64,000 bases of DNA, taken from positions 7,183,802 through 7,247,801 of the forward strand of contig NW_026943825.1 of the NCBI RefSeq assembly GCF_035594765.1. Reading direction: 5' to 3'. The notes beneath the pieces were generated by a model. That model had not been told where the DNA came from, searched no databases, and was given only the letters and a program-made list of their open reading frames with translations. Both the position numbers and the translations under genes were made by a program. This document shows, piece after piece, positions 47,701-60,954 of this stretch. The DNA comes from Anolis carolinensis (taxonomy: Eukaryota). The stretch's first letter is position 1; every line of letters starts with the position of its first letter.

Positions 47701-49204
47701 TGTTGGATAAGGAGCCACTTCGAGATCTCTTTGGGACCAACCGATCCAAACGGTAAGGCGGAAGGGTTGGCAAAACTTCCCGCTGGCGGGATTGGAAAGC
47801 AAAGAGGAGTATCTGATCCTGTTTTGGAAAGTTACAGGAAGGGTCTTATTGCACTGCTGTTATAGCACTACCATGCTCCCTTTGTCTCCTACAGAATTCT
47901 GGATTTGTAGCGTAGAGAAATCCAGTTCTGTGGTAATTTATTTATTTATTTACTACATTTATTTCCTGCCCTTCTCACCTCGAAGGGGACTCAGAGCGGC
48001 ATACAAATAAATATACGCACAATAAATTATTTTATTACATAGCACAATATTAGCATTACATATTACTATATTGTACTGTACCACTATGCTGTAATATTTT
48101 TAGTAATATTGCACGTAATATATAATATATAATTAATATTATTCTATTGTATTATTAGTAGTAGTATATTGTATTACATTGCAAAATTATTTATTTACTT
48201 ATTATTTACTACATTTCTCACCCCGAAGAGGACACAGGGCAGCTTACAAATCAAATGTACATACAATATATTATTAGCATGGCACAATATAAGCATTAAA
48301 TTACTATATTTTACTATATCATTATGTGGTAATATTATTAGTAATATTACATTTAATATATAATTAATATTATTACATTGTATTATTAGTATAATACTAT
48401 ATTACATTATAATATTATTATCAGTATTATATGTATATACAATATATTATATTATTATATATTAAGTACCCTGTCCTGAACTGCAAATCCCAAGAGTCCA
48501 TAGGCTGGAACTGTTGTAGAAGGGCAATCGTGCTATAACTATAACAACAACAACATTTATTATGCTCCATGCAGTCATGCCGGCCACATGACCTTGGAGG
48601 TGTCTACAGACAATGCCGGCTCTTCGGCTTAGAAATGGAGATGAGCACCAACCCCCAGAGTCAGACATGACTGGACTTAATGTCAGGGGAAACGTTTATC
48701 TTTTTATAGACCCATCAAAACTGTTGTTGTTGTTGTTGTTGCGCTATAATTATAGTGCAATAAGACCCAAAATCCTCTTCCTTGTAACTTCGAATCACAA
48801 GTTTTGGATTTGCCTTCTATTGCTGCTAGTTGTTGTGCTTTGGTGTGTGTGTGTTTTTATAATGGTGTGCTTTGATATACTCAAGTCAATAGGTTTTCCC
48901 AGTTCTTTGTGGTTTAATTAGTTGCCTCGGCTTGTATTCGGGTTGGCTCGTACTCGAGTATATACGGTATGCGTCTATAGACCAATGTGACACTATAGAT
49001 TTTTTTCCTCGCTACAGAAACCTGTTTGTCCGGACATCTCTCTCTGTCTCTTTCCTCTGACCCTCTTCTATCGCCTCTATCTCCTCCCTGCGCTACAGGT
49101 TCTCCATGGTGGTGGATGATGGGATCGTCAAGTCCCTGAATGTGGAAGAGGATGGGACAGGCCTCACCTGCAGTTTGGCCACCAATATTGTCTCCCAACT
49201 CTGA
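41417..49204 (+). CDS. PRDX5: Peroxiredoxin-5 (mitochondrial form from ATG 41417; cytosolic/peroxisomal form from ATG 41546), 6 exons, 206 aa
   Basis: Join: 41417-41560, 43183-43317, 45733-45864, 46879-46917, 47688-47752, 49099-49204. PGAFTPGCSKTHLPG peroxidatic Cys, GLTCSLA resolving Cys, C-terminal SQL PTS1. AATAAA at 49378-49383. Confidence 0.97.
41929..41969 (+). ncRNA. Minimal type I hammerhead ribozyme motif within a Penelope-like fragment
   Basis: CCT-CTGAGGA-T-GCCTGC(catagat)GTGGGC-GAAA-CG-TC-AGG: intact core, stem II, palindromic ACGT stem III and a 3-bp stem I. Confidence 0.75.
44958..45414 (+). mobile_element. Non-autonomous Helitron, near-identical to the 39343 copy
   Basis: Same termini and interior. 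Confidence 0.8.
46134..46740. mobile_element. pogo/mariner-like MITE family 2. Further copies at about 26238, 55210, 57323, 59196 and 61768
   Basis: TIR CYGTATATACTCGAGTATAAGCC with an expandable AT-rich interior. Confidence 0.75.
47010..47225 (+). mobile_element. tRNA-derived SINE
   Basis: A-box-like GGTGGCGCAATGG and B-box GGTTCGAATCC followed by a non-tRNA body and an A/T tail. Confidence 0.7.
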
Positions 49205-51361
49205 GGCCCGGGCACCTGGCCCTTCAAGGCTCTGGTCCCCCGTCTCCTGACTCCCGCAGGCCGATCACCTTTGTGGCATGCAGGATTTGGCCCGGGATCG
49301 GGATGAGATGGGCTTTGCATAGTTGTTTTAATCCCATGCTCTATCGGTTCGGTTATCATGGATATCAAACAGTCTAAAATAAAGCTGTCCTGGTTGATTG
49401 GTTTGTTGCTCTGCTTACGTGTGTTTGGGATGTGCTGGATGCGCATCCAGATTGTACTTTGTCATTTCTTTTGTTTATTATTGTGTCAAATTCAAGGTCT
49501 TTTGTCCGAATCTGGCCCTGTGTGTCATTTTATGTCGCTGGACTACAACTCCCGCATTCTTCATTCCCGCTGATGGGAATTGTGATACACTTATGTCTGG
49601 AAGGCTATATAATATAATAATGACTTTATTTTTGTATCCCGCCCCAAGGCTACCGTTTGTTCTGTTCAGTTAGAAGAGGGGCGTTTGGATTGAGATACGA
49701 GGTTTGCACATATGATGCCTGGAACTCTCTCCCCCAGGCTGTGATGGAGGTTCTTTTGGAGGCTTTGAAGCAGAGGCTGGATGGCCATCTGTCGGGGGTG
49801 CTTTGAATGTTCACTGTTCCTCAGACCATTGGAGGGCCAGACACAGCCTAGAACGGCATTTGCCTTTTCAGCTGCAGCATCACACTGTTGACTCGTGGTC
49901 AGCTAAGATTCCTTTCATAGAAACCTAGAGTTGGAAGGGACCCCTAAAGACCATCTAGTCCAACCCCCTTCCTTCTGCCTTTGTGCACAAAAATCACAAC
50001 CAAAGCACCCCTGACAGATAGCCACTCAACAACAACAACAACAATACAGTAGAGTCTCACTTATCTAAGACTCGCTTATCCAAGGCTCTGGATTATCCAA
50101 GGCATTTTTGTAGTCAATGTTTTCAATATATCGTGATATTTTGGTGCTAAATTCGTAAATATAGTAATTACAACATAACATTAACTGTGTATTGAACTAC
50201 TTTTCCTGTCAAATTTGTTGTATCACATGATGTTTTGGTGCTTAATTTGTAAAATCATAACCTAATTTGGTTTAATAGACTTTTCCTTAATCCCTCCTTA
50301 TTATCCAAGATATTCGCTTATCCAAGCTTCTGCTGGCCCGTTTAGCTTGGATAAGTGAGACTCTACTGTACAAGGTTTGCACATATGCTGCCTGGAACTC
50401 TCTCCCCCGGGCTGTGGTGGAGGTTCCTTCTTTGGAGGCTTTGAAGCAGAGGCTGGATGGCCATCTGTCGAGGGTGCTTTGAATGTTCACTGTCCCTCAG
50501 ACCATTGGAACGGCATTTGCCTTTTCAGCTGCAGCATCACACTGTTGGTTCGTGTTCGGCTCATGGGCAGCTAAGACTCCTTTCATAGAATCCTAGAGTT
50601 GAAAGGGACCCCTAAAGGCCATCTAGTCCAACCCCCTTCCTTCTGCCTTCATGCAGGTAAAGCACAATCAAAACAAGGCCAACAGATTGCCACCCAGCCT
50701 TAACAACAACAACAACAATAATAATAATAGAGTTGGAAGAGACTGCGTGGGCCATCTAGTCCAACCTCTTTCATTCTGCCTTCATGCAGGGAAAGCACAA
50801 TCAAAGCATCCCCATCAGATGGCCATCCAGCCTTAATATTAATAATTAATAATACAGTAGAGTCTCACTTATCCAACACTCGCTTATCCAAGGCTCTGGA
50901 TTATCCAAGGCATTTTTGTAGTCAATATTTTCAATATATCATGATATTTTGGTGTTAAATTCGTAAATACTAATTACAACATAACATTACTGCATATTGA
51001 ACTACTTTTTCTGTCAGATTTGTTGTATAACATGATGTTTTGGTGCTTAATTTGTAAAATCATAACCTAATTTGATGTTTAATAGGCTTTTCCTTAATCC
51101 CTCCTTATTATCCAAGATATTCGCTTATCCAAGCTTCTGCCGGCCCGTTTAGCTTGGACAAGTGAGACTCTACTGTAATAATAGTAATAATAAATTAAAA
51201 TACCGTAATAAACAGGGTTGGAAGAGACCCCTTGGGCCATCTAGTCCAACCCCCTTCTGCCTTCGTGCAGCAAAAGCACACGCAAAACATCCCTGACAGT
51301 TAGCCATCCAAACATCATCATCACCATCATCATCATCATCATCATCATTATTATTATTATT

Positions 51362-52193
51362 GTATGACACAGCAAACAAGATAGATATGCTAGATTCCGT
51401 TTCACAAAATCACAAGTCGAACATTTCCCAAGTGTCTAGGACTGTGTGATGTATTTTCGGATGATGCGTCCAAATCCCAGCAAGGTGGCCTTTTGCAGTT
51501 GGCAGATCGTAATTTTGTCAATGTCTATTGTTTCCAAATGCCGGCTGAGATCTTTTGGCACGGCACCCAGTGTGCCCATCACCACCGGGACCACCTGCAC
51601 TGATTTCTGCCAGAGTCTTTGAAGTTCAATCTTGAGATCTTGATAGCAGCTGAGTTTTTCCTGTTGTTTTTTGTCAATGTGACTGTCACCTGGGATGGCG
51701 ACATCAATGATCCAAACCTTTTTCTTTTCCACAACTGTGATGTCTGGCGTGTTGTGTTCCAGAACTTTTCAGTCTGAATTCGGAAGTCCCACAGTATCTT
51801 TGCATGCTCATTTTCCAATACTTTTGCAGGTTTGTGATCCCACCACTTCTTTGCTGCTGGGAGGTGGTACTTGAGGCATAAGTTCCAATGAATCATTTGG
51901 GCCACATAGTTGTGCCTCTGTTTATAGTCTGTCTGTGCAATTTTCTTATAGCAGCTGAGGATACCAGAGAGGCCTCAGCGGAGGAATGCAACCAAGAGCA
52001 CCTAACCCATTAGCATTATGGAGAATCAAACCCAAACGAAGTCTATACTGGCTCGGTCGTCGCCCAGGATAAAAAGGACCGCGGTGGATGCTGCTGATTC
52101 TGGACATCCATCGACAAGTGGGCTACGGAATCATCAAAACCCAAATGAACAGTCACAGAAGCGGCAGAAATATGCAATGCCAGAAAACCACAC

Positions 52194-52195
<2 letters not shown>
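51362..52195 (-). mobile_element. R4/Dong-clade LINE remnant (end of zinc-knuckle region plus REL endonuclease), frameshifted, with a possible inverted 5' piece
   Basis: HNYVAQMIHWNLC...KILWDFRIQT / KKVWIIDVAIPGD...EKL..YQDL. Flanked by ATT-type microsatellites. Confidence 0.85.
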
Positions 52196-52241
<46 letters not shown>

Positions 52242-52639
52242 AATACCATAATAAACAGGGTTGGAAGAGACCCCCTGGGCCATCTAATCCAACCCCCTTC
52301 TGCCTTCGTGCACAAAAAGCACAAGCAAAGCACCCCTGACAGATAACCACTCAACAACAACAATAATAATAGTATACTAAACAGGTGGAGGAATAAACAG
52401 GCCGGATAAATGTTTTCGGTGGGCCGCATGTGGCCCGTGGGCCATAGTTTGAGCACCCCTGCTCTAGACAATGGGATGTTTCTGTCCCAACAAGTCTTGC
52501 TTGACCTTATTCCACCAAACAGTTCGGACTAAAAACCGGAACAGATTGTTTGAGAAGGCGCTTCATCGTTTCATTGCCAGGAAATGAAGTCAACGGTGTG
52601 TTTCCAATGGGCTTTAAAGCGTTGGCTCCACTCATTTCC

Positions 52640-52862
52640 AAACCATTTCGCAATCTTTCCGCCGGGGTGCGCTTCAGTTGCGGAACTTCCTCTGCGGTGG
52701 GAAATTATGCGAAGCCGGCGAGCTCTGTGTCACGGCTGCGGCGGGCCGGCTTCCTCCCCACCTTCCCACACCTCGAACTGCAGAAGGAAGTTGCCGAAGT
52801 TGAGCTTGAAGGCCCACCTAATGCTCACAGGGTGCCGTCAAGAGCGGCGAATCGATGACACG
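52640..52862 (+). promoter_or_regulatory. Putative CCDC88B promoter with PU.1/ETS and RUNX motifs
   Basis: CpG-rich patch. ACTTCCTCT (AGAGGAAGT on minus) at 52685-52693 abuts TGCGGT at 52693-52698. AGGAAGT at about 52785. Confidence 0.45.
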
Positions 52863-54888
52863 ATGGACGAGGCGCTGGAGGGATTTGCCTCGGATCCTCT
52901 GGTCACTTGGGTGAGCATAGATACTCTGGCGGCAGAGTGGAAATAAGGTCTTTTGAGAAGGGTGGTTCTCCTGGCATACGTTGTATCTACACCGTAGAAT
53001 TAATGCAGCTTGACACCACTTTGAACTTCTCTGCCAAAGAGTGCAGGTATCTATGCACACCTATGCACCTTAGAGTACGGAGGAGGATTAACATAACTGC
53101 CACCCCAGTTCTAGATGGTTTTGAAGATCTCTTTGCTTATCTAGAGCCTTATGAGGCCATCTAGATGGCTTTTGGAGGTCACTTTCCTTACCTATGGTCT
53201 TATGAAACCATCTAGATGGTCTTTGAGGTCCCTTTCCTTATCTTTGGTTTTCTGATGGACTGATGAGATCATCTAGACGGCGTTTGGGGGTCCTTTTCCT
53301 TACCTATGGTCTTATGAGATCGTCTATATGGTCTTTGAAGGTCTCTTTGCTTATCTATAGCCTTATGAGACCATCTAGATGGCTTTTGGAGGTCACTTTC
53401 CTTACCTATAGTCCTATGAGACTGTCTAGATGGCCTTTGAGGGTCCCTTTCCTTATCTATGGTCTTATGAGACTGTCTAGATGGTCTTTGAGGTCCCTTT
53501 CCTTATCTATGGTCTTATGAGACCATCTAGATGGTCTCTGAGGTCCCTTTACTTATCTATGGTCTTATGAAAGCATCTAGATGGTCTTTGAGATCTCTTT
53601 CCTTATCTATGGTCTTCTGATGGCCTGATGAGATCATCTAGATGACCTTTGAGGGTCCCTTTCCTGACCTATGGTCATCTGATGGCTTTATGAGATAATC
53701 TAGATGGCCTTTGAGGGTCCCTTTCCTTATCTATGGCCTTCTGATGGCTTTATGAGATCATCTAGATGGTCTTTGAGGGTCCCTTTCCTTATCTATGGTC
53801 TTCTGATGGCCTGAGGAGATAATCTAGATGGCCTTTGAGGGTCCCTTTCCTTACCTATGGTCTTCTGATGGCTTTATGAGATCATCTTGATGGCCTTTGA
53901 GGGTCCCTTTCCTTACCTATGGTCTTATGAAACCAGCTAGATGGTCTTTGAGGTCTCTTTCCTTATCTATGGTCTTCTGATGGCCTGTTGAGATTATCTA
54001 GATGGCCTTTGAGGGTCCCTTTCCTTATCTATGGTCTTCTGATGGCCTGAGGAGATCATCTAGATGGTCTTTGAGGTCCCTTTCCTTATCTATGGTCTTG
54101 TGATGGCCTGAGGAGATCATCTAGATGGCCTTTGAGGGTCCCTTTCCTTACCTATGGTCTTATGAAACCATCTAGATGGCCTTTGAGGGTCCCTTTCCTT
54201 ATCTATGGTCTTCTGATGGCCTGAGGAGATCATCTAGATGGTCTTTGAGGTCCCTTTCCTTATCTATGGTCTTGTGATGGCCTGAGGAGATCATCTAGAT
54301 GGCCTTTGAGGGTCCCTTTCCTTATCTATGGTCTTCTGATGGCATGAGGAGATCATCTAGATGGTCTTTGAGGTCCCTTTCCTTATCTATGGTCTTCTGA
54401 TGGCCTGAGGAGATCATCTAGATGGCCTTTGAGGGTCCCTTTCCTTATCTATGGTCTTCTGATGGCCTGAGGAGATCATCTAGATGGCCTTTGAGGGTCC
54501 CTTTCCTTATCTATGGTCTTCTGATGGCCTGAGGAGATCATCTAGATGGCCTTTGAGGGTCCCTTTCCTTACCTATGGTCTTATGATACCATCTAGATGG
54601 TCTTTGAGGTCCCTTTCCTTATCTATGGTCCTCTGATGGCCTGAGGAGATCATCTAGATGGTCTTTGAGGGTCCCTTTCCTTATTATTAGGAAATTATTA
54701 AATGAAATAATACCAATAATAATAGAGAAAAATAATAAATGTACCATATATTCTCGAGTATAAGCTGACCCAAATATAAACCAACCAGGACTCTCACCCA
54801 AGTATAAGCCAAGGGGGGCTTTTTCAGTCTTTACAAAAGGGCTGAAAAACTAGGCTTATACTCGAGTATATACAGTATATTGATTTTG

Positions 54889-54929
<41 letters not shown>

Positions 54930-57900
54930 GTAATTCCATAACTTTTGTGCAACGGCCGTTAAAGTGGTGTCAAGTTGCATTAATTCTACAGTGTAGATCA
55001 GTGGTTCTCAACCTGTGGGCCGTCTTTTTTTTTTACAACAGGTACAAACCTTGGAGAGTCTGGTAGACTCCAGATACAACCGGTCCCTTCGTGAGATGAG
55101 TCCTGAAGACCCCAAAGATTTTTTCCTCCAGTTAGTCAATGGAGACTTCCTCATCCGCGTCATGGAGGTCATGTAAGTCACTCTTTTCATGCAAATTTGC
55201 GCCAACTTACCGTATATACTTGAGTATAAGCCGACCTGAATATAAGCCGAGGCACCTAATTTTACCACAAAAAACCGGGAAAACTCCAGTATAAGCCGAG
55301 ATGCCAATAAAATTACATTAATTGAGGCATCAGTAGTTTAAACGTCTTTGAATCTTTACATCAAACTGCAATTTAAGATATGACTGTTCAGCTCTGATTA
55401 AATCATTATTTTCATCTTCTTCAATGTCAACGTGCTTATGTATCCTTTTAATAATAATAGAGTGAAATAATAAATGTAATAATAATAATAAATGCAGTAA
55501 AATAAGAAATGTAATAATAAATAGAGTAAAATAATAAATGTATTAATAATAATAAAAATGAGTGAAATAATAAATGTAATAATACAGTAGAGTCTCACTT
55601 ATCCAAGCCTCGCTTATCCAAGCTTCTGGATTATCCAAGGCATTTTTGTAGTCAATGTTTTCAATATATCGTGATATTTTGGTGCTAAATTCATAAATAC
55701 AGTAATTGCAACATAACATTACTGCGTATTGAGCTACTTTTTCTGTCAAATTTGTTGTATAACATGATGTTTTGGTGCTTAATTTGTAAAATCATATCCT
55801 AATTTGATGTTTAATAGGCTTTTCCTTAATCCCTCCTTATTATCCAAGATATTCGCTTATCCAAGCTTCTGCCGGCCCGTTTATGTTGGATAAGTGAGAC
55901 TCTACTGTAATAATAATAATAAATGCAGTAAAATAATAAATGTAATAATAGAGTAAAATAATAAATGTATTAATAATAATAAAAATAGAGTAAAATAAAT
56001 GTAATAGTAGTAACAATAATAGAGTACAATAATAAATGTAATATTAAATAGAGTAAAACAATAAATGTTTTAATAATAATAAAAATAGAGTGAAATAAAT
56101 GTAAAAGTAACAACAATAATAGAGTACAATAATAAATGTAATAATAATAGAGTAAAATAATAAATGTATTAATAATAATAAAAATAGAGTAAAATAAATG
56201 TAATAGTAGCAACAATAATAGAGTACAATAATAAATGTAATAATAATAGAGTGAAATAATAAATGTATTAATAATAATAAAAATAGAGTAAAATAAATGT
56301 AATAGTAGCAACAATAATAGAGTACAATAATAAATGTAATATTAAATAGAGTAAAATAATAATAAAAATAGAGTGAAATAAATGTAATAGCAACAATAAT
56401 AGAGTACAATAATAAATGTAATAATAAATAGAGTAAAATAAATTCATTAATAATAATAGAGTAAAATAAATGTAAAAGAAACAACAATAATAGAGTAAAA
56501 TAATAAATGTAATAATAATAATTAATAGAGTAAAATAATAAATGTAACAATGCTAAGAATAATAGAGAAAAATAATAAATATACCATATATACTTGAGTA
56601 TAAGCCGACCTGAATACAAGCCCACCAGGACCCTCACCCGAGTATAAGCCAAGGAGGGTTTTTTTTCAGTCCTAAAAAAGGGCTGAAAAACTAGACTTAT
56701 ACTCGTGTATATAGTATATCAATGTAAGCTGCGTATAGTCCGGACTTGGCACCATCTGATTCTTAGTGCCATCTTTTTTGAATCGCTGAAAGAAGCCCTT
56801 GGAAAGTGTTGATATTTCCCATTTGTGGAAAAGCAATGCAAGGCTTCCCTTTGGAAATCTTCTACGTATGTGCTTGCTTATGTTTTCTTAGAGATCTCAT
56901 TCCTGGAGGAGCACGGACTTCGTGGAGCGACGAAAGCGAAGAAGTGCATCGGTTGCAAACTCTCCAGACGGTCCTGCAACGCCTGCAAAGCTTCTACTTG
57001 GTGAGCATGGGCACAAATCCCAGCAACTACAACTCCCAAATGCCAAGGTCTGTTTTTCCCCAAACTCCACCAGTGTTCACATTTGGGCATATTGAGTATT
57101 GGTGCCAAGTTTGGTCCAGATCCATCATTGTTTGAGTACACAGTGCTCTCTGGATGTAGGTGAACTACAGCTCCCAGACTCAAGGTCCCACCAAACCCTT
57201 CCAGTATTTTCTGCTGGCCATGGGAGTTTGGTTCAATCCCATCGTTGGTGAAGTTCAGAATGCTCTTTGACAATAGGTGAACTATAAATCCCTGCCAGCT
57301 AAACAGATATCTATAAATCTAGTATAAACACAAGGTTGTCCTGTTGCTATAGTCTCACTTGTAATTCAAAATAGAATAATATACTGTATATACTCAAGTA
57401 TAAGCCTAGTTTTCCAGCCCTTTTTTTAAGACTGAAAAAGCCCCCCCTCGGCTTATTCTCGGGTGAGGGTCCTGGTTGGCTTATATTTGGGTCAGCTTAT
57501 ACTTGAGAATATATGGTACATTTATTATTTTTCTCTATTATTATTGGTATGATTACATTTATTACTAGCTGTGCCCGGCCACGCGTTGCTGTGGCGTTGT
57601 CTGGTGGTGTCTGTATTTTATAGGCAGTGTGGAAGAGGCCTAAGTGAGGCCTAACTTTGCCTGTCTCCTGGGCTGAGTGGGTTGCTAGGAGACCAAGTGG
57701 GCAGAGCTTAGCCTTCTAACTGGATAAAAACAATTATTGCTCTCCCTCCAATTAGGACTTTATTTTTCTTTTCTTTTTGTTGTATCAACCTAGAGGCATG
57801 GATGAGGGGTTGTGCTGTCAATTTTCGAGGTTGTGGGGTGTTTAGTTTTGTTGTTTTGTCGGTCGCCAGGATTCCATCACTCTTTTATATATATAGATTT

Positions 57901-58678
57901 TTCTCTATTATTGTTGCCACTATTGCATTTATTTTACTCTATTTTTTATTATTAATACATTTATTATTTCACTCTGATATTATTATTACATTTATTGTTC
58001 TACTCTGTTTATTATTACATGTATTATTTTCCTGTATTTATTATTATTATTATTACATGTATTATTTTACTCTATTATTATTAAAAGGATACATAAGCAT
58101 ATTTACATCGAAGAAGATGAGAATAATGATTTGTACAAAGTTGTACAGTCTTATCTTAAATTTGAGCTTTATGTAAATATTCAAAAAATATTTAACCTGC
58201 CGATGCCTCAATTAATGTAATTTTATTGGTATCTATTTTTATTTCTGAAATTTACCACCCTCGGCTTATACTTGAGTCAACATTTTCCCAGGTTTTTTTG
58301 TGGTAAAATGGGGTGCCTCGGCTTATATTAGGGTCGGCTTATACTCGAGTATATACGGTACATAATCTTGACTATTATTTATCAATAAAGAACATGGGAA
58401 ACAAACCATCACTTACAAAGATATAACAAACAATATTTATTTATTTACTACATTTATATCCCGCTCTTCTCACCCCGGAGGCTTACAAATCAAATGTACA
58501 TACAAAATACTATTAGCATAGCACAATATAAGCATTAAATGACTATATTGTACTATATCATTATATGGTAATATTATTAGTAATATTATATTTAATATAT
58601 AATATATAATTAATATTATTATATTGTATTATTATTTGTATAATATTGTATTACATTATAACTATAATAATAATAAAA

Positions 58679-58720
<42 letters not shown>

Positions 58721-60910
58721 GTATGACACAGCAAACAAGATAGATATGCTGGATTTTGTATCACAAAATCACAAATCAAACACTTCCCAAGTGTCTAGGA
58801 CTGTGTGATGTATTTTTGGATTATTATTATTATTATTATTATTAGGGAAGACGACTTGCAACTCTGAAGATCTGGAAGTAACAAATAGAACAGTTTTCTC
58901 TTTCTTTTCTTTTCCTTTTTCTCCACCCCCCTACTTTCCCCTTCCTTGACTCTTTTTATTCTTTATTTCATACAATTGTGTCCTCCTTTTTATTATATTT
59001 AAAATTCAAAAAAAATTTAAAAAAAGAATGAGGACCTGCCATTATTTAGTTAAAGAAGTCAATTCCATAGCAACCAGCTCAGAAGACATTCAAACAGCAG
59101 CAAGTGACTCAGATAAGATGGGAGCCAAGCAACAGGAATCCAAAGCCCTTGCTCATGATTCATAAAAAATATTGGAAAGGGATACAGGGGAAATACCGTA
59201 TATACTCAAGTATAAGCCGACCCGAATATAAGCCGAGGCACCTAATTTTACCACAAAAAAAAAACTGGGAAAACATTGACTCCGGTATAAGCCGAGGGTG
59301 GTAAATTTCAGAAATAAAAATAGATACCAATAAAATTACATTAATTGAGGCATCGTTAGGTTAAATGTTTTGGAATATTTACATCAAGCTCAAATTTAAG
59401 ATAACTGTCCAACTCTGATGAAATCATTATTCTCATCTTCTTCAATGTAAATGTGCTTATGTATCCTTTTAATAATAATAGAGTGAAATAATAAATGTAA
59501 TAATAAATAGAGTAAAAAATAATGTAATAATAAATAGAGTAAAATAATAAATGTATTAATAATAATAAAAATAGAGTAAAATTATTTTTCTCTATTATTA
59601 TTGGTATTGTTACATGTATTATTTTACTCTATTATTATTATTATTACATTTAAGATAACACTGTCCAACTCTGATCAAATCATTATTCTCATTTTCTTCA
59701 ATGTAAATGTGCTTACGTATCCTTTTAATAATAATAGAGTAAAATAATACATGTAATAATAATAATAATACAGGAAAATAATACATGTAATAATAAATAG
59801 AGCACAATAATAAATGCAATAATAATAAGATCAGAGTGAAATAATAAATGTATTAATAATAATAAAAATAGAGTAAAATAAATGTAATAGTAGCAACAAT
59901 AATAGAGAAAAATAATAAATGTAATAATACCAATAATAATAGAGAAAAATAATAAATGTAATAATACCAATAATAATAGAGAAAAATAATAAATGTAATA
60001 ATACCAACAACAATAGAGAAAAATAATAAATGTAATAATACCAATAATAATAGAGAAAAATAATAAATGTACCATATATTCTCGAGTATAAGCTGACCCA
60101 AATATAAGCCAACCAGGACCCTCAACCGAGTATAAGCCGAGGGGGCCTTTTTCAGTCTTAAAAAGAGGGCTGAAAAACTAGGCTTATACTCGAGTATATA
60201 CAGTAATTTGAAGATATTGTAAGCGTATGAACGGATACTTCGATACCATAAGGATGTCCATAGCGCTGGGTTAGCTCTAATCGTAACCCCTCTTTCTCTC
60301 CTCTTTTCCCCCCCAGAATGATCTGCAACAACTTATTATTTTCTTGCCACCCAACGTTCATCTCCTGGCTCAAGAACCCCTCACAGGTAAGGAGGGAATT
60401 TGGGGTGAAACAACGAACAAAGATCCAATCTTTACTGGTAACAAGTCAGCATTTGCAAGGCTGATTTTTTTCCACCTTTTTATGAAGTACAACTGAAGCA
60501 TCTTCCACTGTAAACATTGCGCAACAGGTTCACGTAAATGCCTGGAATCACCACTAGATGGCGCGCAGACCCAATACTGAGTTACTGTATATACAGTAGA
60601 GTCTCACTTATCAAATACTCACTTATCCAACGTTCTGGATTATCCAACGCATTTTTGTAGTCAATGTTTTCAATACATTGTGATATTTTGGTGCTAAATT
60701 CGTAAATACAGTAATTACTACATAGCATTACTGCGTATTGAATAATAATAATAATAATAAAACTTTATTTATACCCCGCCACCATCTCCCCAACGGGGAC
60801 TCGGGGTGGCTTACATGGGGCCATGCCCAGAACAGTACAATATAGTAAAATATAAAACAACATATCACAATACAATTAAACAATACAATAAATAATCATA
60901 TACACTGCAA

Positions 60911-60954
<44 letters not shown>

